Notes: generated by a model from the letters alone, not told the origin. Positions 30,529 to 40,137 are shown, counted from the stretch's first letter. The stretch is DNA of 64,000 nucleotides from Abditibacterium sp. (GCA_965199495.1 CBDASK010000003.1:3616001-3680000); one strand, 5' to 3'. Numbers and translations are program-made.

Positions 30529-31286
30529 ACTACTTCTTCATCGCCCGCTTTGCGCCAAACCCAAACGCGCACAAACGGCGTGATTTTAAATGCGTCAACC
30601 GTCTCGAACATTTCGCCCAAGTGGCGCCATTCGCTCGCGGCGAAAAAGTGAAACGCGCCCGGCCCAAACGCCACAAAGTTCGCCGCGTCGCGAACGTGTT
30701 CGGCGACGATTAATTGTCCGTCCGGCTTTAATATTCGTCTGAGTTCGGCGAAAAATCGCTCGCGGTCGGCGCGCTCGCGCAGTTCGTGCGCGGCCAACAT
30801 CACAAACGCCGTATCGAGCGAATCGCTTTCGATATTCAAAGCGCGGAAATCTACCGTTGCGGCTTCAACTTCGGGCCGCGAAACCGCGCGCGCGCGGTGA
30901 ATTGAAGGCTCGACCATGACTTTGGCGTCAAAAAAATCGTAAGCCGCGCCGTCGCTGCCAAATAATTCGCGCAGCATTGGCGTGGCATCGTCAACTCCGG
31001 CGTGGAACGTCGCCCAAGCGTGCGGGTTTTCGGGGAAATAGGCGCGTAGCCAATGCCATTTATAAAGCGGCGACACATCGTAAATCCACCAAGAAACGAA
31101 AATCGAAGCCGCGCTCCACCACGCGCCCGCTACCAAACCCAATTGCGCGCCGCGCTCGACAATCGGCGCCCAACGCCGCGCACGCAATGCAGCCACGGCG
31201 ACTGTTGCCGCCGTGGCTGCTATGGCATAGAAAGGCCAGTTGAACTGCAAAATCTGGCGTGTGCCGTGAAAGGGTGAGCGGGACAT
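30330..31286 (-). CDS. SAM-dependent methyltransferase-like protein; last ~66 codons derived from the palindrome
   Basis: ILQFNWPFY, SWWIYDVSPLYKW, 'LAAHELR..R..FF.EL.R.LKPDG.L.V.EH.RD..NF.AFGPG.FHF'; conserved part ends near 30540. Confidence 0.8.
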   Translation of the reverse strand: MSRSPFHGTRQILQFNWPFYAIAATAATVAVAALRARRWAPIVERGAQLGLVAGAWWSAASIFVSWWIYDVSPLYKWHWLRAYFPENPHAWATFHAGVDDATPMLRELFGSDGAAYDFFDAKVMVEPSIHRARAVSRPEVEAATVDFRALNIESDSLDTAFVMLAAHELRERADRERFFAELRRILKPDGQLIVAEHVRDAANFVAFGPGAFHFFAASEWRHLGEMFETVDAFKITPFVRVWVWRKAGDEEVVNLSCALLLHCHSEPGAPWAVGTNEVEESIGCFLTPLSSVPLRHGFFDFVRAYRPRGTRLRMTMKK

Positions 31287-31289
31287 CGT

Positions 31290-32795
31290 TCAAACTTTCG
31301 CGACTTCCGGCTCCGGTCTTTCAGGTTCGATCATCTTCGGTTCAGTTTCGGTTTCGACGGTTCTATAATCGTCTTTTATGTCCCAACCGTAACCGAAGTA
31401 GCCGCGTTCCTTAATCATTTGCGCGACTTCGGCGGGCACCATCTCTTCCCACGACGAATCGCCCGCGATGATTAGTCGCAAAACTTCGCGCGAGAAGATA
31501 TGCAAATAATCGCGATTGTAAAAATCAATTGCCTGAATCGAACCGTTTTCGACCAAGAATTGATACAGGTTATGCAAGTGCGGCGCGACCTTTAATCGCG
31601 ATACGTTAACGAGATGATGCGTATCTTCTAACAACGGATAAACATAGAGTTTCAAATCGTTCTTGAACAATCGTCCAAACGATTCCAAAATACCGCCTTC
31701 GAGATGTTCGTAATACTTTTCATCGAACAAATCGCGCAGACTGGGAACGCCCATAACCATCGCGATTTTCTTTTTGGTGTAGTTGCCCAGATATTGCGCT
31801 AATCGGTAATATTCGGCGTAATCCGAAATTAAAACCGTGGCGCCGGTCGAGGCCAAAAGTTCGACGCGCGCGATGAAGTCGGCGTAGTCAATGGCGCCCG
31901 GCTCCATCAGGTTTTTGAGCGTGAGTTCAAACAAAACCAACGGTTTATCGGAGTCGCCGCCCCCGTCGGCGGCGAACTGGGCGGTCGCACATTCGATCAT
32001 GTCGAGGTTGACGTGCGTGACGGGACGAAAACTGCCGCGCTCGACGACAACCGCGCGTTTATAAAGCGCTTCGGACGGCTGCAAAACCGTGCCGTCGGGC
32101 CGGAACATCGCGGCATCGGAAAGCCCTAATCGCACCAGTTTTAGCGCCGTCATGCGATGGTCAACGTCCGCGAATTCGGGGCCGCTGAAATGAATCATAT
32201 CTATCTCAACGCGTTCAATGGACAAGTTATCCAACAGGCTTTCCATCAAATCATCCACGCTGTCGGTATGATAAAACGCGCCGTGAACCAGGTTAATTCC
32301 GACGATGCCCAGCGCTTCCTGCTGCGCCAATCGGTCGGCGTCTAACATACGCACATGAAGCAAAAGCGTGTTGGCCTCCGATTCGGGCGCGGATTGGAAA
32401 GTAATGCCCATCCAGCCGTGACATTCGGTGTTGCCGTTGCCGTTGCGCCGATTGCGCGTCGTCACCGTGTCGGCAAACGCGAAAAATTGGCTTTGCGCGC
32501 CGCGCTTCTCGCCCAGCCGTTTGACGACCAAATCGTATTCGTGCGACAGCATTTTTTCCAAACGCTCGCGCGAAACGTAGCGTTCGCAGGGGCCATAAAT
32601 CGCGTCGGAAATCGTCATGTCGTAAGCCGACATGGACTTGGCGATGGTGTTGGAGGCGCTGCCGACGCGAAAAAACCAGCGCACGACTTCTTGTCCCGCG
32701 CCGATTTCGGCGAAAGCGCCATATTTGCTGGCGTCTTGGTTAAGCTTGAGCGCCTTTTGGCCAGTCGCAATGATTTCTCGTTCGAGGGTTTCCAT
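31290..32795 (-). CDS. Conserved CinA/PncC-like plus nucleotidylyltransferase-like protein (family often labelled 'TonB-dependent receptor' or NMN adenylyltransferase)
   Basis: YGAFAEIGAGQEVVRWFF, AKSMSAYDM.ISD.IYG, ERGSFRPVTHVN, C-terminal 'SREV...I..G..SWEEMVP'; no signal peptide. Confidence 0.75.
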   Translation of the reverse strand: METLEREIIATGQKALKLNQDASKYGAFAEIGAGQEVVRWFFRVGSASNTIAKSMSAYDMTISDAIYGPCERYVSRERLEKMLSHEYDLVVKRLGEKRGAQSQFFAFADTVTTRNRRNGNGNTECHGWMGITFQSAPESEANTLLLHVRMLDADRLAQQEALGIVGINLVHGAFYHTDSVDDLMESLLDNLSIERVEIDMIHFSGPEFADVDHRMTALKLVRLGLSDAAMFRPDGTVLQPSEALYKRAVVVERGSFRPVTHVNLDMIECATAQFAADGGGDSDKPLVLFELTLKNLMEPGAIDYADFIARVELLASTGATVLISDYAEYYRLAQYLGNYTKKKIAMVMGVPSLRDLFDEKYYEHLEGGILESFGRLFKNDLKLYVYPLLEDTHHLVNVSRLKVAPHLHNLYQFLVENGSIQAIDFYNRDYLHIFSREVLRLIIAGDSSWEEMVPAEVAQMIKERGYFGYGWDIKDDYRTVETETEPKMIEPERPEPEVAKV

Positions 32796-32933
32796 AATTA
32801 AAAAAGCACGGCGATTTAAATGCCACCGCTTTAGTTAAGGGTAGCAAATCCGTGTTTCGCGCGGGTTAATTGGGCGAATGTTTGAGTTAGTTGGAAGCGG
32901 CTCGGCCCCCTCCAACTAAGAGGGTATCCGCAG

Positions 32934-33063
32934 AGTGAGATTCGCCGTTCGTAGAGACACCGACTTGTCGTGTCTAAAAAGTAGATGAGCTTGCAAAATT
33001 CTGCGGAAGCTTTGACATTTTAGACACGACAAGTCGGTGTCTCTACGAACGGCGAATCTCACT
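32934..33063. repeat. GTAG-type REP doublet with extended arms
   Basis: agtgagattcgccgttcGTAGagacaccgacttgtcgtgtctaaaa has an exact reverse complement at 33018-33063. Confidence 0.9.
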
Positions 33064-33087
33064 ATTCCGATAGCCTCTAACACAAAT

Positions 33088-34554
33088 CTACCGTTTCAAC
33101 CCTCCAAACGTCCCAAACTTCTCGTCCCATTTCGCCTTTTCTTTCGCTTGCGGCTCGAACGTTTGGCTTGGAAACGAAGCCCGCACGACTTCGCGAATCT
33201 GCGCCAGATCGCGAATTTCTCCGCTCGCCATCGCCTGAATTAATACGTTGCCCGCCGCCGTGGCTTCTATCGGCCCGGCGATGACCGGCTTGCCAATGCA
33301 ATTCGCCGTCAGTTGCGATAACAACTCATTTTGCGTGCCGCCTCCGACGATATACAACGCGTCGAGCGGGCCGCGCAATTCTTCCAATCGCTCGAACGTC
33401 CAACGATATTTGAGCGCCAGTGAATCCAGACAGCAACGCACCAACTCGCCCGGCGATTGTGGCGAGGTTTGCCCGCTTTCGCGGCAAACTTCGCGAATCG
33501 TCGTCGGCATATCGAGCGGCGCGGCGAAACGCGCGTCGTCGGGTTCGATGAACGGGCCGTCCGCAACTTCGCTGGCCATTTGCGTCATCGTCGCGTAATC
33601 AATTGGGTTTCCGGCGCGCTCGAAACTGCGGCGACACTCCTGCACCAACCACAAACCGGCGATATTTTTCAAAAACCGAATCGTGCCCGCGACGCCGCCT
33701 TCGTTGGTAAAACCTAACTCAAAGGCGCGCTCGCTGAGCAACGGCTGTTCCAATTCGACGCCCATCAAACTCCAGGTGCCGCTCGACAAATAAGCCGCGT
33801 TTTCGCCCGGCGCAAACGGCACGGCGGCGATGGCGCTGGCCGTATCATGTCCGGCGGGCGCGATAATCGGCGTCTCTTTCTTTAACCCAATGCGAGCAGC
33901 CACGGCGGGACGTAGCGTGCCCAGTTTAGTGCCGGGCAAAACCAAATCGCACAAAATCGAAGCGGGCAAATCGAATTGGCGCAACAAATCTTCGTCATAT
34001 AAGCGCGCCTTCGCGTCCAATAACTGCGAAGTCGAGGCGATGGAATATTCGTTTTTCTTGGCGCCGCACAGCCAGAAGTGCAGCAAATCCGGCATCCACA
34101 ATAGCGTTTTGGCAATCGGCAGTTGCGGCGAATCGGCTTTCATCGCGAGCAGTTGGTAAAGCGTGTTGAACGGCAAAAACTGCAAACCGGTGCGCGCGTA
34201 AATCTCCGATTTCGGCATCGTCTGCGTCGCGATTTCCAGATACGGCGCATGGCGCGCATCGCGATAATGAACCGGATTGCCGAGCAGTTCATCGCGCGCA
34301 TCGAGCAGACCAAAGTCCACGCCCCAAGTATCTACGCCGATGCCAGATACGTCGCCCTGAACCTTCGATAAACCGTCACAAATATCGTTCCACAGGCGCA
34401 AAACGTCCCAATACATCGCATCGCCAGTGCGCGCGGGCAAGTTGGGAAAACGGTGGGCGACATCCAATTTCAAGGCCTCGCCATCGAAGCGACCTTCGAC
34501 GACGCGACCCGATTCGGCGCCCAGATCAACGGCGCAATAGAGCAGAGAAGACAC
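33088..34554 (-). CDS. rhaB: Rhamnulokinase (FGGY family)
   Basis: AVDLGAESGR, GVDTWGVDF, GHDTASA, SSGTWSL.G.E, NEGG, KNI.GLW..QE. Confidence 0.92.
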   Translation of the reverse strand: MSSLLYCAVDLGAESGRVVEGRFDGEALKLDVAHRFPNLPARTGDAMYWDVLRLWNDICDGLSKVQGDVSGIGVDTWGVDFGLLDARDELLGNPVHYRDARHAPYLEIATQTMPKSEIYARTGLQFLPFNTLYQLLAMKADSPQLPIAKTLLWMPDLLHFWLCGAKKNEYSIASTSQLLDAKARLYDEDLLRQFDLPASILCDLVLPGTKLGTLRPAVAARIGLKKETPIIAPAGHDTASAIAAVPFAPGENAAYLSSGTWSLMGVELEQPLLSERAFELGFTNEGGVAGTIRFLKNIAGLWLVQECRRSFERAGNPIDYATMTQMASEVADGPFIEPDDARFAAPLDMPTTIREVCRESGQTSPQSPGELVRCCLDSLALKYRWTFERLEELRGPLDALYIVGGGTQNELLSQLTANCIGKPVIAGPIEATAAGNVLIQAMASGEIRDLAQIREVVRASFPSQTFEPQAKEKAKWDEKFGTFGGLKR

Positions 34555-34561
34555 TCCTTAG

Positions 34562-34692
34562 AGAATACAGGAGACGGGAGACAGGAGACAAGGGAAACGA
34601 CAATTGTCGCCGCTCATTCGATTCAACTGCCGCGATTTAAAATCAGCTATGCCGCGCTCCCCCTGACTTCTGTCTCCCGTCTCCTGTATTCT
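34562..34692. repeat. Heptamer-armed palindrome (CAGGAGA)n filling the rhaB/tsaD divergent intergenic region
   Basis: agaatacaggagacgggagacag / ctgtctcccgtctcctgtattct. Confidence 0.88.
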
Positions 34693-34699
34693 TAAAACC

Positions 34700-35713
34700 A
34701 TGCTAATTTTGGGAATCGAAACCAGTTGCGACGAAACTTCGGTCGCTTTGTTAGAAAGCGGCGACGGAAATCGGTTGGAAATTCGCGCGAATTTGATCGC
34801 CTCGCAGATCGAGGCGCACAGTTTGTTTGGCGGTGTCGTGCCCGAAATCGCCTCGCGCAAACATTTGGAAGCGCTCAATCCATTGTTGGAAATGTGCTGG
34901 CAGGAAACCAGCGTCGCGCTGACCGATTTGGACTTGATTTGCGTGACGCGCGGCCCCGGTTTGGCGGGCGCGCTGTTGGTCGGCGTCGCGGGCGGCAAGG
35001 CGTTGAGTTATGCGACGCGCGTGCCGTGCGTCGGCGTCAATCACGTCGAGGGACACATCAATTCGCTGTTTCTGGCCAATCCCGAATTAAGTTTGCCGAT
35101 GTTAGTTACAGTCGTTTCGGGCGGCCACACCGATTTGATTTTGATGCGCGACTTCGGCGAATACGAGCGTTTGGGCCACACGCGCGATGACGCCGTTGGC
35201 GAGGCATTCGATAAAGTCGGGCGCGCCATCGGTTTGCCGTTGCCGGGCGGCCCGAATTTGGAACGTGCCGCACGCGCGGGCAACGCGAAAGCGTTCGATT
35301 TCAAGGCGTCTAACATGGCGCCATCGTTCGATTTTTCGTATTCGGGCTTGAAAACGGCGGCTTCGCAAGCGTTCGTCAAATATCCCGACCGCGTCCAGGA
35401 CATCGCGGCGGCGTTTCAAAAGTCGGCGATTCGGCAACTTCGCAAACAAATCGAACGCGCTTTGGACGAATTTTCGCCCAAAACTCTGGGCGTGTGCGGC
35501 GGCGTGGCTGCCAACGGCGCCCTGCGCGAAGCGTTGGCGAAAGTCTGCGCGGAGAAATCAATCGCGTTCGTGGTGCCCGAACCGATTTTATGCACCGACA
35601 ACGCCGCGATGATCGCCGCCGCCGGATATTTTCGCGCGCGCCAGAACGGTTTTCCCGCGTTCGATGTGGCGGATTTGGGTTTTGAGGCGCAATCGGTGTG
35701 GCCCGTCGGTTGA
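34700..35713 (+). CDS. tsaD: tRNA N6-threonylcarbamoyltransferase TsaD
   Basis: ILGIETSCDET, GGVVPEIASRKH, VNHVEGH, VSGGHT, TRDDA.GEAFDK, GGVAAN, CTDNAAMI. Confidence 0.98.
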   Translation: MLILGIETSCDETSVALLESGDGNRLEIRANLIASQIEAHSLFGGVVPEIASRKHLEALNPLLEMCWQETSVALTDLDLICVTRGPGLAGALLVGVAGGKALSYATRVPCVGVNHVEGHINSLFLANPELSLPMLVTVVSGGHTDLILMRDFGEYERLGHTRDDAVGEAFDKVGRAIGLPLPGGPNLERAARAGNAKAFDFKASNMAPSFDFSYSGLKTAASQAFVKYPDRVQDIAAAFQKSAIRQLRKQIERALDEFSPKTLGVCGGVAANGALREALAKVCAEKSIAFVVPEPILCTDNAAMIAAAGYFRARQNGFPAFDVADLGFEAQSVWPVG

Positions 35714-35730
35714 ATTGTGGCGCGACAAAG

Positions 35731-37908
35731 CTACTTCTCCACCCGAACAGCCACGCCGCCTTGCACCCACACGACCTGCTCGCCCACGCTGAGCCACTGC
35801 GCGACATTTTGATCGTTTAGCAGCGCGAAATATTCGTCTGATCCGAATTTAATCGTTTTCGGATTGGCAAATTTCGCCGCGTCGAACGCGCTGTCCGTCC
35901 ACACGCCGTCGCGCAAAACGAAGGTTTTGCCGCCCGCGATTTTGGTATCGGCGCTGGCAATTGGCGCGGCGTAACCTTGCTGCAATTGCTTTTGCGCCTG
36001 CGAAGCCACGACCGCTCCGGCGCCGGTAACGGCGTTATAATTGGCGCCGCCCGCCGCGCGCAAATTGATTCCATCGGCTTCTCGGCTGCGAAATACTCCG
36101 CCGATCATCGGAACATCGCCCAACATCGGCACTCGCCCGCCGTTTCCAATTACGCGGCGTGGGTTTTCGTCTTCGGTAATCAGCGCCGCCGTGAGCGGCG
36201 TGACGACGCCATATTTTTTGCTGATGTCGAGGATTTCGTCGCGCACTTCGCCCGCGATGGGGCGCCCGGCCCGGCGCGCGTCTTCGATGAGAAAACCGAC
36301 TTTGCGCGTCGCCCACAAACGCGGCAATTCGTCGCCGCCCGCGCTGATGCCACCTTCAAAAGTGCGCGCTTTGCCGCCGATGGTGCCGCTTAAACTGGCG
36401 GTTTTTGGTATGCCTTTATAGCGGCCCATCACGATCATCTGGCCGCCGCGAAACAGGTCGGGCAAGTGGCGCGGATAAACATCATAAACCTCCAGACCGT
36501 TGAAATTGAGCTTTAAATCAGTCAAAACCGGATAGGCGATTTTCTCATAAAGCGCGCCGACTTTGGTTTCGATGTCCTCTTTGGGCAACACGTAATCGGC
36601 GTCGCCGCCGTTTTCTGAAGCCAAACCGTCGAGCAAGCGCGTGTTCACATCGAAGCCCACGCCAAACGTCCAGATGCGCGCTTTGGTGTCGTTCTCTTTT
36701 TGCGCGTCATTCAGCAATTCTTCCACGCGCGTTTCGCCGACAGTCGGCAAACCATCAGTCAGAAAAACGACTTGTTTGGGCCGCGCTTTGTCATCGGATT
36801 TCTCGTCGAGCGCTTTATTCAACGCCGCCTCGATATTGGTGCCGCCAACCGCTTTGATGTCGGCGATAAAAGCGCGCGCGGCGTCCAAATTGCCTTTAGT
36901 CGCGGGCGTCAAACCATCGCGAAACGGTTTGACATCCGAGGCGAACGTCACGATATTAAAGCGATCTTCCGCGCGCAAACTCGACAGCAACGTGAGCAAG
37001 GCGCGGCGGGCCTGTTCGATTTTTTCGTTGTCGTTCATCGAGCCGGACGTATCGAAGACGAAGGTCACGTCTTTGGCTTCGATGGGCGCTTCGTCCGTGC
37101 GCGCGTCGGGCGCGGCTAATAACATAAAAAAGCCGTCGGTTTCGGTCGGACTTTGATAGGTCAACATTTGCAAATCAACGGCTTTATCGCCGCGCGTCCA
37201 CAACAGCGAAAAATCGCGGTCGGCGGAAGAAAATTCGCCGGTCACGCGCGTTTGGTCGCCGCTCCGCACCGTTTCAATTGGATGCGACGGCGACACAACC
37301 GCGCGCACATCGCGATTTTTGAAAGTGACATCAAGGGTCGCCGCAACGTCGGTTTGGGCGCCGGGTGTGCGCAACGGCAAGTTAAAGCGGTTGCCAGAGA
37401 GCGGTTGCGAATAGGTCAATTCGACTTCGACCTGGCCGTTGGCGGGCACGGGGAAAATTTTGGCGCGCACCAAGTCGCGTCCGACGAATTCTAAAATCGC
37501 CGGGTCGCGCATTTGGCGCACGATGCCGGTATAAATTTCGCGCGCTTTTTCGGCGGACAAAATCTCGGCGGCGATCTTTTTGCCGCCCAAAGTCACTGCC
37601 AAATCCGAAATCGCCGCGCCCGGCGGCACGCTCCACAAATAGGTGCCCTCGATTTGCCGATTTTGCGGATTGAGAAACGTCTGCGTCAGCTTAACGCGCG
37701 CGCTGGCCTCGCCGATTTCGACGCTGGCCGCTTGCTTTTGCAACTGCAACTCGTCGGTCGCGGGTTGCGGAATCGGGCGAGGAAACGGCGGGCGCGGCGG
37801 AAACGGGCGTGGCGGGCGCACCGGCACGATTTGCGCGTGTGCAAACGGGACAAAAATCGCCAGACCGCACGCGGTGGCTATCAGCAGGGAACGAGGGGAA
37901 ATTTTCAT
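35731..37908 (-). CDS. Secreted VIT plus vWA domain protein
   Basis: Signal peptide; VIT 'TQTF.NP....EG.Y'; MIDAS DTSGSM, GGTNI, FLTDG. Confidence 0.92.
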   Translation of the reverse strand: MKISPRSLLIATACGLAIFVPFAHAQIVPVRPPRPFPPRPPFPRPIPQPATDELQLQKQAASVEIGEASARVKLTQTFLNPQNRQIEGTYLWSVPPGAAISDLAVTLGGKKIAAEILSAEKAREIYTGIVRQMRDPAILEFVGRDLVRAKIFPVPANGQVEVELTYSQPLSGNRFNLPLRTPGAQTDVAATLDVTFKNRDVRAVVSPSHPIETVRSGDQTRVTGEFSSADRDFSLLWTRGDKAVDLQMLTYQSPTETDGFFMLLAAPDARTDEAPIEAKDVTFVFDTSGSMNDNEKIEQARRALLTLLSSLRAEDRFNIVTFASDVKPFRDGLTPATKGNLDAARAFIADIKAVGGTNIEAALNKALDEKSDDKARPKQVVFLTDGLPTVGETRVEELLNDAQKENDTKARIWTFGVGFDVNTRLLDGLASENGGDADYVLPKEDIETKVGALYEKIAYPVLTDLKLNFNGLEVYDVYPRHLPDLFRGGQMIVMGRYKGIPKTASLSGTIGGKARTFEGGISAGGDELPRLWATRKVGFLIEDARRAGRPIAGEVRDEILDISKKYGVVTPLTAALITEDENPRRVIGNGGRVPMLGDVPMIGGVFRSREADGINLRAAGGANYNAVTGAGAVVASQAQKQLQQGYAAPIASADTKIAGGKTFVLRDGVWTDSAFDAAKFANPKTIKFGSDEYFALLNDQNVAQWLSVGEQVVWVQGGVAVRVEK

Positions 37909-39443
37909 GGCACCGGCAGTTCAAATGTCGAACTACTGATTGGATTGTCGTCGCCGCCAATTTGTTCCAAACGCGCGTGCAACGTTTGTCCGCTTTTGCC
38001 GTTCGCCTTTTCGATTGTCGTCTGCGAAAGCTCGACTTGCGCGGGCAGGGCGTTCAATTCGCCGCGCCAAATCGTCTGCTCGCCGCCCGGCGTTAGCAAA
38101 ATCAGGCGCGCTTTTCCAATCGGCTGGGCGACGCCAAACGTCAAAATTAGCGGGAATTTCGACGGTGGTGCGAGGGCAAAATTTCCTCCTGCACTGGAGC
38201 GTTGGTTATCGCCGCGTTGGGTTTGCGCGCGCGGCGAAAGCGTCGCTTTGACGGCTCCGCCCGGCCATTGGGCCGAAGTCGCAGACGCGGCGAGCGTCAT
38301 ATCGGCGGCGCCCGCCGTCTCACTGGCGCGATCCGTCTGCGCCGCAGACGGCGCGATTCTCCCCATCGCTCTGTTCGGTTTGACGGCTTTGGGCGCTTGG
38401 AACGCCGCATCGTTTCTGGCGCTCGAAGCGGCACCATTGGCAAAACTCGTTGACGGTGCTGGCGCCGCCATCGGCGGAACTATTGGTGCGGCGGGAATTG
38501 TCGCGCGCGACACCGAATTTTCCTGCGAAAACGAGTTATCTTCTGCCGATTTGGGCGCGGGTTTTTCCACTTTACCGGGCGCGTTTTGCGCGGGACTATC
38601 GTTTTTCGTTGCGCCATCGCTCGGTTTTGTGGAGCCGAATTTGGCTTTGGAACGCCCGTTGTTTTCCCGTTCAAACTTTGCTTTTGGCTCCGGTTCGAAA
38701 TCGCCTGGCGCGACAGCACGCGACTTCGACTTGTTGATTTGCGGTGGCGACAACGGGGCGGGCGCCACTGGAAACGCGAACGACGGTTGCGCGCCGCCGT
38801 TGGCGTCCGCACGCGGTTTTGTCGAAATGGATGGCGCGGGCAATGAGGGCAATGGTGCCATCGCTTTGGGCGCTTGGCCATTTACGTCAACGCCGGGCGC
38901 GGATTGGACGGGCGCGGGTTTTTGCGGCGCGGTTTTGGGCGGCGGCGCGCCATCGGACGCGCGCGGTTGTGGCGCTTTCGGCCCGGTCGCTTTATCTTGA
39001 ATCGCGCTGTCAGGTTTGGCAGATTGAGCAGACCCGTCATGTTTGGCGGCGCCCGCAGCCATTTCGGTTTCGCTGACGGGCGCCGAGGGCGAATAAACGT
39101 CGTTTTGCAGCGACGGCCTTCCCAGCAACATCAAGCCGATGGCGCCGACGACGGCGGCGCCGCCCCACGCGAGTTGGCTGGTTTTGAGCGGAAACGCGAA
39201 CGGCAAAACAAACGCGCGCGGCGGTCTTTCGCGCAATTGCGCGCGCACATTGGCGCGAACGCTGACCGGAACGGGCGCGGCGGGCAATGCAGCCACGGCG
39301 GCTTGAATCTGTTTTAATTCGCGCAGTTCGCGCGCGCACTGGGCGCACTCGCGCAGATGCGACTCAACGCGGGCGCGCTCGTTGGCATCGAGCGCGTCGG
39401 AAAGCAAATCGGGCAATTGCTCGCGTTGGTGGGGAGAATTCAT
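37905..39443 (-). CDS. zf-HC2 anti-sigma factor with TM helix and long Pro/Ala-rich extracytoplasmic region
   Basis: 'VESHLRECAQC' HxxxCxxC; TM 'LAWGGAAVVGAIGLMLL'; ATGA overlap with the vWA gene. Confidence 0.88.
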   Translation of the reverse strand: MNSPHQREQLPDLLSDALDANERARVESHLRECAQCARELRELKQIQAAVAALPAAPVPVSVRANVRAQLRERPPRAFVLPFAFPLKTSQLAWGGAAVVGAIGLMLLGRPSLQNDVYSPSAPVSETEMAAGAAKHDGSAQSAKPDSAIQDKATGPKAPQPRASDGAPPPKTAPQKPAPVQSAPGVDVNGQAPKAMAPLPSLPAPSISTKPRADANGGAQPSFAFPVAPAPLSPPQINKSKSRAVAPGDFEPEPKAKFERENNGRSKAKFGSTKPSDGATKNDSPAQNAPGKVEKPAPKSAEDNSFSQENSVSRATIPAAPIVPPMAAPAPSTSFANGAASSARNDAAFQAPKAVKPNRAMGRIAPSAAQTDRASETAGAADMTLAASATSAQWPGGAVKATLSPRAQTQRGDNQRSSAGGNFALAPPSKFPLILTFGVAQPIGKARLILLTPGGEQTIWRGELNALPAQVELSQTTIEKANGKSGQTLHARLEQIGGDDNPISSSTFELPVP

Positions 39444-39487
39444 GGGGCAAAAGTCGGGCGAAATGGAACGACGCCGGATTGACTGGG

Positions 39488-40090
39488 TTAGATGTCAAAA
39501 AGTTCCCGGTCGGCGCCCAGAGCGTCTCGCAGAGCGGCGCGCGCGCGGCTCAGGCGGCTTTTGACGGTGCCCGTCGGCACCTCCAAAATGGCGGCGCAAT
39601 CTTCGTAGGAGCGGCCCTGCAAATCGAACAGAATCAGCGCCGTGCGATAGTTTTCGGGCACTTTGGCGAGCGCGATGCGCACCGCAATTTGCCGTTCTCG
39701 CCGCGCGATTTCTTCGGGCGCCGGGCGCGCGGTTTCGTCCTGCGGGTCGAATTCCGGGCCGTCGTCCCATTCCATCGAAGAGAAATCGCGCGGACGTTTG
39801 CGCTTTTTCTTCAGAGCATCGCGCGCCACGTTGACCGCGATGCGCGAAACCCACGCGCCAAACCCGCAGTCGCCCCTGAACTTTTTCAGGTGCCGATACG
39901 CCCGAATAAACGCGTCCTGCGCCGCATCGGCAGCTTCGTCGCGGTCGGCCAAAATCCACAGACAGAGGTTGAAAACTTTGCTTTCGTGCCGCGCCATCAA
40001 CGCATCGAACGCATCCACATCGCCGCCGCGCGCGCGCGCAACGTCCGCTTCGTCGCGCTGGGCTTCGAGGTCGAGTGGATGTTCGATCAT
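39488..40090 (-). CDS. ECF sigma-70 factor
   Basis: 'A..GD.DAF..L', 'AADAAQDAFI.AY..L..F.G...F..W..RIA.N', 'SYE..A.IL.VP.GTVKSRLSRAR'. Confidence 0.95.
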   Translation of the reverse strand: MIEHPLDLEAQRDEADVARARGGDVDAFDALMARHESKVFNLCLWILADRDEAADAAQDAFIRAYRHLKKFRGDCGFGAWVSRIAVNVARDALKKKRKRPRDFSSMEWDDGPEFDPQDETARPAPEEIARRERQIAVRIALAKVPENYRTALILFDLQGRSYEDCAAILEVPTGTVKSRLSRARAALRDALGADRELFDI

Positions 40091-40137
40091 GTTCGGATGG
40101 CGGATAAGAGATTTCAGATTTCGGATATGGCCGCATC

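Noticed and set aside
37513..39000. 495-aa ORF on the + strand opposite the anti-sigma gene
   Set aside because: Antisense of a low-complexity Pro/Ala-rich CDS; the minus-strand operon is coherent.
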